Part shown: positions 17,095-24,000 of the stretch, one piece after another
Numbering within the stretch: the first letter of the stretch is position 1
How the letters are laid out: each line of letters begins with the position of its first letter
Source: an uncultured bacterium
GTDB lineage: Bacteria; Bacillota; Bacilli; Lactobacillales; Streptococcaceae
Reading direction: 5' to 3'
Assembly (NCBI GenBank): GCA_963519555.1
Contig: CAUQNI010000011.1
Location: 14,600-38,599 of the forward strand
Length of the DNA: 24,000 nucleotides
Made by a program: the position numbers and the translations under genes
Notes under the pieces: model-generated
Told to the model about the DNA's origin: nothing
The model's database searches: none
Seen by the model: only the letters and a program-made list of their open reading frames with translations

Positions 17095-19605
17095 TTACCT
17101 TTGAACATTTGGTGGAAATCCAAAACCGACAGGAGAAGACTGACAACACGTCGCAATCCAATTATCAAGGCTAGTCACTCTAATTTGTCCGATATTATCC
17201 ATTACTTTACCATCTCCAATATAGATACCAACATGTCCATAAGTTCGACCTAACTCTCCACCAGTACTACAACTTTCAACTGCTACAATCATTCCAACTT
17301 TTAACTTTGAACGATCACTCGTATAAGTAAAGTTACGATACATATCATTCGCATTTCCGCCTATAAAGCCAATACCAGCGTTTTGATATACTTGTGTTAC
17401 CCACATGGCACACCATCCTGGACCTGGAGAAGGTGTAATATAAGCTGCATTTACAATACTTTTTTGAATGGCATCTGATGCCTCATACTCTTTTCCTCCA
17501 CCTACTGATCCAGAAACGCTACCTCCTCCCCTTCCTCCAAGCAAAGACTGATTACTAAATAATGCAGCCATATTCCCTTGGGCTGAAAATAGAGATTGAT
17601 AATGTTTTAAATTATCAGGGTAATTAGCGAAAACTTTATGGACAATGGTATCCATCTCTGTTTTATCTAGTGTCACAATAAGCTTCTTATACAGATATGC
17701 TTCTTTACTTTCGTTCCCTTGGCTGTCTGTAACCGTACGATAGCGAGTCTCAGTTTCCACTCGATAATTTACTTTATACATCGTGTCAAATAACTCTTTC
17801 AATGGTGCTTTAATATCAGAAAGATTCTTGATTTCGCCATATCTTGAAGTAATATACGAAAGTAACTCATGCACATTATGACCAATATCTCCATGCTTAT
17901 GGATAATATACTCATCATAACCTGGATAATGACTTTGAACATTTTCCAATTCGTTATATAAATCTGTCTCTAACTTGGAAAATATTTGATTGATTCCTTT
18001 TAAAATCTGTTCACTCGACAAATAACTGGTCGCTAGAACACCACTGGTAGAGTTTGCTACTCCACTCATTGAAACACTAGTAAATTGAAACAGAATCATT
18101 CCAAAACTAAAAATCACTACTGTTGCAATCGCAATCCCTTTTGCTCGTTTACTAATAAATTGCTTTGTAAAGTTTATTCCCTCCAATAAACTTTTTTTGA
18201 TTCTTTCTTTTAAGCTGTTCCTAAATGAATTTTTAATAGCTTCTTTCATCTGCTTCTTCTTTTGAAATTTCTTTCTTCTAGCAATTTTTTTAGAATCAAT
18301 TAGCTTGTTTCTCTTGTCTACAATATTACGAATAGTAAATGGGATTTTTCTTCTGGATTTTTCTCTTACTAGACTAGATAGACTTTCAAACCGTTTTTCT
18401 TTGTGTTTAGTCGCATACTTTTTAGCACCTTTGAGAAATGTGGAAGCTGTTCTCAATGTTTTTTCAGCAGCTTCTACCCCCTGATTTTCTTCACTACCAT
18501 AAGATAAATACATCCCACCAGCACTAGCAACTTGTGTAGCACCGAGAAACCCAATAGCCTTTTTTTGATTTTTACGCTTACGAGATTTTCTATTTTTGCC
18601 TGCCTCTTGTTTAGTTGATTTTTCAAACACATTCTGAAACCCTGGTGATGTTTTTTGCGTTTTAACAACTTTAGTCTTAACATCCATAGTTTCTTTATTT
18701 GAATTTCTCTTACTAAAACTATTTATCTCATTGATTCTGTTCGATAAGTTCCTTTGTTCTTCTTTTTGAATGTTTCTCTTTCGAATTTCTTTTTTATCTA
18801 CTTGAGGTCTTTGATGAAAGTTTCTAATTTCCTCTTCAGGAAGTGAAACTGACTTAATAGGTTCAAATTCTCGATTCAGGGTTTGATTTTTATGTTTCTT
18901 CCGATAAAATTGTCTGTTGATTCGACGTCGTCGAATCCTCTTAAAATGATCATTCCCTTGAACAAAAAAATTCCCAGTTATATTTTGTCTATAAATCTTT
19001 TCTTGAAAATGAGAAGAAGGGTTTTTTATTTCAGAATGATAGGTCTTATCCCTTTTCCTCTTAGATGGATGAATTGAATATTCAACAGAAGGCAACCCTG
19101 TCTCAGTTTCTTTTATTTTAGTGAATCTCTTGTGTTGTTTACTTTGCTTTCTTTTAGAGAGTGGCATTGTTTGTCTATAACTCCAATGACGCACTGAATC
19201 ACCTAAAGAATGATAGGTACTTGAATGATCTTGGTTTGAACGCTCCGATACTGCATTTGTTAAAGAAGCTATTCTTTTCTTCTTATGCTCTCCACTATTT
19301 TCCTCAGTTTGAGCTGTCGCCTTGTCTATCCCATCTTTACCTTTATCTGGTGCTTCTAATTCTTTTTTAATCAGATAATTCCGTTTTCTATTCTTTCTAG
19401 AAGGACGTGCTACCCTACATGCAAGATTTTTATTATGGATCTTATCCTGAAAACGATAACCTACCTTCGCAATTTTTTGACTGTAGTCATCAGAAATTTT
19501 TCTCCTATAAGATAAAACTTCACTTGTTGTACTATCCTTACTTAATGTCTGTTCATCTTTAGCTTTTATCCTTTCATTTAGACTACGTTTCCGTTTTTTT
19601 ACCAT
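17095..19605 (-). CDS. CHAP-domain cell-wall hydrolase / CD1108-family transfer protein with very basic N-terminal half
   Basis: C-terminal PGWCAMWVTQVYQNAG...VGIYIGDGKVMDNIG (CHAP catalytic Cys/His), central TM (GIAIATVVIFSFGMILFQF), and Lys/Arg-rich residues 1-~520. Confidence 0.88.
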   Translation of the reverse strand: MVKKRKRSLNERIKAKDEQTLSKDSTTSEVLSYRRKISDDYSQKIAKVGYRFQDKIHNKNLACRVARPSRKNRKRNYLIKKELEAPDKGKDGIDKATAQTEENSGEHKKKRIASLTNAVSERSNQDHSSTYHSLGDSVRHWSYRQTMPLSKRKQSKQHKRFTKIKETETGLPSVEYSIHPSKRKRDKTYHSEIKNPSSHFQEKIYRQNITGNFFVQGNDHFKRIRRRRINRQFYRKKHKNQTLNREFEPIKSVSLPEEEIRNFHQRPQVDKKEIRKRNIQKEEQRNLSNRINEINSFSKRNSNKETMDVKTKVVKTQKTSPGFQNVFEKSTKQEAGKNRKSRKRKNQKKAIGFLGATQVASAGGMYLSYGSEENQGVEAAEKTLRTASTFLKGAKKYATKHKEKRFESLSSLVREKSRRKIPFTIRNIVDKRNKLIDSKKIARRKKFQKKKQMKEAIKNSFRNSLKERIKKSLLEGINFTKQFISKRAKGIAIATVVIFSFGMILFQFTSVSMSGVANSTSGVLATSYLSSEQILKGINQIFSKLETDLYNELENVQSHYPGYDEYIIHKHGDIGHNVHELLSYITSRYGEIKNLSDIKAPLKELFDTMYKVNYRVETETRYRTVTDSQGNESKEAYLYKKLIVTLDKTEMDTIVHKVFANYPDNLKHYQSLFSAQGNMAALFSNQSLLGGRGGGSVSGSVGGGKEYEASDAIQKSIVNAAYITPSPGPGWCAMWVTQVYQNAGIGFIGGNANDMYRNFTYTSDRSKLKVGMIVAVESCSTGGELGRTYGHVGIYIGDGKVMDNIGQIRVTSLDNWIATCCQSSPVGFGFPPNVQR

Positions 19606-19608
19606 AGG

Positions 19609-22044
19609 TTACAACCTCATTTCTTCTGGTTTCGTAGTCATCTTTTGATAAAGAATCGTGTCTTTCGGGAAATTATCCACAAAGGGAACAATCGTATTTC
19701 CAAAAAAGACTAATCCTTCTCCAGCCTTTGAATTGGTTACAAATTTTTCTTGATCTTTGGAAATCTTCAGTTTACTCACTAGATATTCTCTATCTCCTGT
19801 TGCTTGATTTAACATAAGAATAAAATCGGTATTATCAAAAATATTCTCAATTTCCTTACTAGCAAGAAGATCTTTCACATTTTGGGTAATACCTGTTGGA
19901 ATACCTCCCCACTTTCTAAATCTTTTCCATATTTCCACAGAATATTGAGAAGTCTGTTCATCCTTTAATAACAAATGAAACTCATCAATATAATAGCGTG
20001 TACTTTTTCCACTATTTCGATTCTGAGAGACCTTATTCCATACTTGATCTTGTATGACAAGCATCCCAATTTTCTTTAGCTGGGTTCCTAATTCTTTAAT
20101 ATCAAAGCACAAAAGTTGTTTATTTAAGTCAATATTTGACTGATGGTTAAAGACATTGAGTGATCCAGAGACGTAGATTTCCATTTCAGTGGCTAGTTTT
20201 TTCCCAACTTTTTCTTCTTGTCCTTTTAACATGTCATATAAATCTTGTAAGATTGGCATATTTTCAGGAATTGGATTACTAAAATATTCTTCATAAATTT
20301 TGGGTAAACATCTATCAATAACTGATTTTTCTTCCGCAGTTAATCCACTACCTCCTACAACTAGTTCCAACATCGACATGATGAAATTCGCTTTATCTTT
20401 AAGTGGAGCATCGCCATCACCATAGTTCATATTGATATCTAAAGGATTCAGGTAGTCCTGACTTTTCGCACTAACTTTAATCACTTCTCCTTTAAATTGC
20501 TTTACTAGATTCCCATATTCTCCTTCAGGATCACAAATAATAATGTCATCATCTGTAGTCAAAATAGCATTTGCTATCTCACGCTTAGCTGAAAAAGATT
20601 TCCCAGATCCTGGAGTCCCTAGAATAAGACCATTCGGATTCTTTAACATTTTTCTATCAGCCATGATAAGATTATGACTTAAAGCATTTAACCCATAATA
20701 AAGACTATTTTCGGAATTAATAAATAACTCTTCAGTTGTAAAGGGTAAAAACACGGCGGTTGAAGAAGAAGTTAAGCAGCGATTGATTTCAATTTTATTT
20801 ACCCCCAATGGAAGGACACTGATAAATCCTTGTTCCTGACTATGATCTAATCGTTTAATCTTACAGTTATGCTTACTAGCTATTGATGATATTTGAGATA
20901 AAGTAGCGTCCAATTTTTGTAAACTTTTTGCAAAATTCATAAAAATAATCGTCACTACAAACATACGCTCATCACGAGTTTGAAGATCTTTTAGCAACAT
21001 TTTAATATTATCTCCATAAGTAATTAAGTCACTAGGCAAAATATCCATATCGTAGCCACTACGGACAGCTTTTTTATTCTCCTCAATTTTCATCCTATCA
21101 ATATCAGTATTTTTTCGTTTCACCATTTTAATAGCTTCCGTCTGCTCAATTGCTTTAATATGAAAAGAAATATTGATATTATCGTCAATATCCAAAAACT
21201 CTGCAAGCATACGGTCTGATAATTCACTAGCTAAAATTTGAATATGGCTCACAGCACCTATATGATTTCCAAACTTAAAATACCTACTAGGAATAAAATT
21301 AAAAGAATCTGGCGCAATCACGCTTTTCGTACTTTCTCTTGGTTTTAAATCTTTGTAAGAAAAAGAAAAAAACTTATCAGGATTAAAAATATCATGCAAA
21401 ACTTTCAAACGTTCAATCCCTGTCAATGACTCTGCTCTTACACCCATACTTTTAAGATTCGATAATAAATCAATTTCTATCCTTTCCAGTTTAGTTCTTG
21501 CTTGCTCAACATTCGTTGCCTCAATCCCAAAAGTGATATACTTTGATTTCTTTAAACCGTTGTTTCCTTTTGCAAGTTGATTTTTGAGCATATCTCGAAA
21601 TTCTAAACGAATATCATCGTAACCATCTTTTTTATCTGGTATTTGAATGGCAGCTTTTAACTCAGTATTTCTCCCAATCTGATTAACATATGAAAATTCA
21701 ATTGTTACAGTAGGGTCAAATGAATTGAGTACATTCGCAAATTGATTAAAAATCAAATCTTTATCTTCTTCTAATGCTAGTTGATAATTGATATCTTGAA
21801 ATGAAATACATTTATTGAAATGAGTTTTATCTAGCTGACAAATACCACTTTTTAACATTCTCAAATATGGTATAGTATCCTCCACGGTATAACGTTTCGG
21901 TTCTTTCTTAAAAATCATACCAATTACAGAATTTTTATCTGTTGCAGAAAGTCTTTTTTCTTTTCTTAACTCACGTTTATTTTCTCTTAAGATTCTCTGA
22001 CTTTCTAGTAGTTGTAATTCTTGTGTTTTTCTTTTGTTTTTCAA
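19609..22044 (-). CDS. VirB4-family conjugation ATPase
   Basis: Walker A GTPGSGKSFSAKREI, IICDPEGEYGNLV, STRYYIDEFHLLL. TTG start with strong RBS (AAGGAGGTATATC). Overlaps the PrgI gene by 68 nt. Confidence 0.95.
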   Translation of the reverse strand: MKNKRKTQELQLLESQRILRENKRELRKEKRLSATDKNSVIGMIFKKEPKRYTVEDTIPYLRMLKSGICQLDKTHFNKCISFQDINYQLALEEDKDLIFNQFANVLNSFDPTVTIEFSYVNQIGRNTELKAAIQIPDKKDGYDDIRLEFRDMLKNQLAKGNNGLKKSKYITFGIEATNVEQARTKLERIEIDLLSNLKSMGVRAESLTGIERLKVLHDIFNPDKFFSFSYKDLKPRESTKSVIAPDSFNFIPSRYFKFGNHIGAVSHIQILASELSDRMLAEFLDIDDNINISFHIKAIEQTEAIKMVKRKNTDIDRMKIEENKKAVRSGYDMDILPSDLITYGDNIKMLLKDLQTRDERMFVVTIIFMNFAKSLQKLDATLSQISSIASKHNCKIKRLDHSQEQGFISVLPLGVNKIEINRCLTSSSTAVFLPFTTEELFINSENSLYYGLNALSHNLIMADRKMLKNPNGLILGTPGSGKSFSAKREIANAILTTDDDIIICDPEGEYGNLVKQFKGEVIKVSAKSQDYLNPLDINMNYGDGDAPLKDKANFIMSMLELVVGGSGLTAEEKSVIDRCLPKIYEEYFSNPIPENMPILQDLYDMLKGQEEKVGKKLATEMEIYVSGSLNVFNHQSNIDLNKQLLCFDIKELGTQLKKIGMLVIQDQVWNKVSQNRNSGKSTRYYIDEFHLLLKDEQTSQYSVEIWKRFRKWGGIPTGITQNVKDLLASKEIENIFDNTDFILMLNQATGDREYLVSKLKISKDQEKFVTNSKAGEGLVFFGNTIVPFVDNFPKDTILYQKMTTKPEEMRL

Positions 22045-22345
22045 GATATACCTCCTTTCTCACTCTGATAGGTGGTTGATAAAATTTATGAAGGTAAATG
22101 TATTTAAAGTATTTCTCAAAATATAAACCATCCTTTTCAAATAAAGTAATAAAAAAGATAGGTAAAGTCGAAATGATGAGAAATAAAATAGCGACATCAT
22201 TTGGAAGAAATTTCCTGATAAATAGATAAATTGGAACTCCTACAAATCCAGCACATGTGAAACCAATCAGCTGTCGTCTAGTGAGGTTAAATGCTACCTT
22301 TGTTTTTACTTTTTTTAAATCCTTTGGTATCGGTACATATCCCAT
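21977..22345 (-). CDS. PrgI-family protein
   Basis: MGYVPIPKDLKKVKTKVAFNLTRRQLIGFTCAGFVGVPIYL..., two TM segments, adjacent to virB4. Confidence 0.9.
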   Translation of the reverse strand: MGYVPIPKDLKKVKTKVAFNLTRRQLIGFTCAGFVGVPIYLFIRKFLPNDVAILFLIISTLPIFFITLFEKDGLYFEKYFKYIYLHKFYQPPIRVRKEVYLEKQKKNTRITTTRKSENLKRK

Positions 22346-22346
22346 T

Positions 22347-22463
22347 TCATCCCTCCAATCTACTTTTCTTACACTTTTTCAACCAGTTATAAATTGAGTA
22401 ACCAATAACTCCAATTCCTACTAACAAAATAGAAATAGGAAAAATACTTCTATTATCTCTCAT
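22347..22463 (-). CDS. Small single-TM protein (38 aa), missing from the ORF track
   Basis: Hand translation MRDNRSIFPISILLVGIGVIGYSIYNWLKKCKKSRLEG*. RBS GGAGGAG 6 nt upstream. The stop nearly abuts the PrgI start and the CDS sits inside the gap between annotated genes. Confidence 0.65.
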   Translation of the reverse strand: MRDNRSIFPISILLVGIGVIGYSIYNWLKKCKKSRLEG

Positions 22464-22475
22464 TTCTTCTCCTCC

Positions 22476-23339
22476 TTAATGAGCATTTAAAATACTTTTC
22501 GCCAAAGTACCACTCTTTAACATCATTAGACCTAATAAAATTGCATAGCCTAAAACCATAAAAATGCTTGCATGAATATCTGTTATCTTAATTGTTTTAA
22601 CCAATACTGAATAGATTCCCAAGCAAATCATTAAAAACAAACCTTGTAATCCAATTGCAAATAAACCTTTGATATAATTTGTCCCTATCTGTCCCCATTC
22701 CTTGTTTCCCATTGTCGCAAATGGGATTGCTGAAACAGAACAATAAACATAAATTTCAAACATCCTTCCATAGACTGCTAACATAATGATGATAGACATC
22801 ACTTGTATTGCTACTTTTACCAACGATGTCTCTAAAAGTATCATCACTAGTTCACCAAGTTCTTTACTTTTTAGTCCGTCTACCATACTGACTATCTGAT
22901 CAGATGAAACAGTGGCAGAGGTATTAATAACCCCTGCCGCCTGATTCACTAAATGCTGAGCGACATCAAAAACTGCCATAGAAAAAGTAAAAGCATGTGA
23001 TGCTAACCAAACTGCTACCCACATTTTGATAATATATTTGAAAAACTCAAAGGTGTCTGTATCGTGCATATTATTTCTTTGCATAACCATATTTATAAGT
23101 TCAATGCATAACACCGCAGTTATAATAAGACCTGCAATCGGAATAATCACATTATCATTAATATTTTTTATGAAACTAAACACATCTGAGTTCCAACCCA
23201 TCGGTGTCTTCCCTACATCTTTGGCAATACTACCAACTTGGTCATTGATATCAATAAACATTGAATTAAGGTTTGCTTGGATACCTTCGAGGAGAAGTTT
23301 CTGAAAGAACTCTTTTATCTTATCGAAAATCCCAAACAT
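22476..23339 (-). CDS. VirB6/TrbL-like conjugal transfer membrane protein
   Basis: Polytopic membrane protein MFGIFDKIKEFFQKLLLEGIQANLNSMF...NIHASIFMVLGYAILLGLMMLKSGTLAKSILNAH, in conserved synteny with PrgI and Maff2. Confidence 0.88.
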   Translation of the reverse strand: MFGIFDKIKEFFQKLLLEGIQANLNSMFIDINDQVGSIAKDVGKTPMGWNSDVFSFIKNINDNVIIPIAGLIITAVLCIELINMVMQRNNMHDTDTFEFFKYIIKMWVAVWLASHAFTFSMAVFDVAQHLVNQAAGVINTSATVSSDQIVSMVDGLKSKELGELVMILLETSLVKVAIQVMSIIIMLAVYGRMFEIYVYCSVSAIPFATMGNKEWGQIGTNYIKGLFAIGLQGLFLMICLGIYSVLVKTIKITDIHASIFMVLGYAILLGLMMLKSGTLAKSILNAH

Positions 23340-23351
23340 TCTATTTCCCCC

Positions 23352-23567
23352 TTATTTCAACAAATTTCCAAGTAATGGAATTAGTTTTAGTCCAATCAAG
23401 ACAATACCTCCTCCTGCCATCAGTTGTTTGATTCCTTGTGATTTTGCGCCAGGGTTATCGTTCCCATAACCTTCCATCAAGTTAATGACACCCCATGCTC
23501 CAAGTCCGGCACCAACTGCCATTACCAATATTTTTAAGACATTTACTGCTTGTGCGAAAAACTCCAT
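23352..23567 (-). CDS. Maff2-family mobile element membrane protein
   Basis: MEFFAQAVNVLKILVMAVGAGLGAWGVINLMEGYGNDNPGAKSQGIKQLMAGGG... is the characteristic Maff2 sequence. Confidence 0.92.
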   Translation of the reverse strand: MEFFAQAVNVLKILVMAVGAGLGAWGVINLMEGYGNDNPGAKSQGIKQLMAGGGIVLIGLKLIPLLGNLLK

Positions 23568-23570
23568 CTT

Positions 23571-23882
23571 CTATTCCTCCTCGGATTCTTCTTTTGATTC
23601 TATCTTATTAAATGATTTGACAATAAAATTTCTATAAGTTTTGTCCTCTTTCACTCTCTGATTGAAATACCCAAATACATGAACAAAATCATCCTTTGAT
23701 AATTTCATTACCTCAGTAACTTTATCCCCGTACACTGCACAATGAATGTATTCCTTTCCTTTTCCGTATCTTTTTACGAGCGTAAAATTTGCGACACTGA
23801 CTTCTTCTGTATCTATCATAAAAGTAGTCTTAACTGGTGCTTCTATCAGATTGGCATTAATATTTATCATTTCTTTATCCAC
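23571..23882 (-). CDS. SSB/OB-fold-like small protein (103 aa)
   Basis: ANLIEAPVKTTFMIDTEEVSVANFTLVKRYGKGKEYIHCAVYGDKVTEVMKLSKDDFVHVFGYFNQR matches the SSB fold pattern. GTG start, RBS TTGGAGGT. Confidence 0.65.
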   Translation of the reverse strand: MDKEMININANLIEAPVKTTFMIDTEEVSVANFTLVKRYGKGKEYIHCAVYGDKVTEVMKLSKDDFVHVFGYFNQRVKEDKTYRNFIVKSFNKIESKEESEEE

Positions 23883-23897
23883 TGTTATACCTCCAAT

Positions 23898-23929
23898 AAA
23901 AAATGCGATTGAAGAATTATTTCAATCGC
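23898..23929 (-). terminator. Intrinsic terminator immediately upstream of the RBS of the SSB-like gene
   Basis: Minus strand GCGATTGAA-ATAATTC-TTCAATCGC (9 bp) then ATTTTTT, ending about 16 nt before the GTG at 23882. Confidence 0.8.
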
Positions 23930-24000
23930 TGCGTTCATATATTTTTTCTATTATCTTGTAGGGCTTTTATTTCTTATCATATATTCATATTCTCCTCAAA

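Larger units (their letters stand above)
1..24000. mobile_element. Portion of an integrative conjugative element (Tn5252/CTn-like, Gram-positive T4SS family)
   Basis: Syntenic run of Maff2, VirB6/TrbL-like, PrgI, VirB4, CHAP protein, DUF4315, DUF4366, topoisomerase III, C5 methylase, SNF2/methylase giant protein and SSB. A relaxase C-terminus lies at the left edge. No att sites or integrase are in the window. Confidence 0.9.

Noticed and set aside
18474-19370. Small ORFs on both strands (18474-18683, 18883-19077, 19161-19370) inside the CHAP protein gene
   Set aside because: Overlap the basic low-complexity region of a well-supported CDS; no family features.
23977-24000. Possible C-terminus of an upstream coupling protein (VirD4/TraG) reading ...FEENMNI*
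   Set aside because: Expected by synteny, but only eight codons are visible, so it cannot be supported from this window.

Overview
This window appears to be the transfer/maintenance module of a Gram-positive integrative conjugative element (Tn5252/CTn-like, Streptococcus/Lactobacillales-type). The assignment comes from protein families recognised by eye; no database search was possible. At the left edge is the C-terminus of a probable relaxase (+ strand). It is followed by an accessory pocket (about 440-3650): an overlapping two-gene pair (double zinc-ribbon protein plus unknown protein), a lone PD-(D/E)XK-nuclease-like gene, and a decayed N-terminal fragment of a helicase-type restriction enzyme. 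From the right edge to 3792, a long minus-strand operon encodes an SSB-like protein, Maff2, VirB6/TrbL-like, a small TM protein, PrgI, VirB4, CHAP hydrolase, DUF4315, DUF4366, topoisomerase III, C5 DNA methyltransferase, a 195-aa probable PBECR4-like protein, a giant ArdC/methylase/SNF2-type polyvalent protein, and SSB. The most interesting signal is an unannotated ~150-nt RNA locus at about 12377-12561. It has a near-consensus promoter (TTGGCA-17-TATACT), two 33-nt tandem repeats whose hairpin stems show compensatory changes, and a strong intrinsic terminator abutting the RBS of the PBECR4-like gene. This layout matches type III (ToxIN/AbiQ-like) toxin-antitoxin loci, though a cis-acting leader or antiterminator is an alternative. 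A second signal is that four genes of the transfer operon are each preceded by an intrinsic terminator 12-20 nt before the start codon, suggesting attenuation or processive antitermination.
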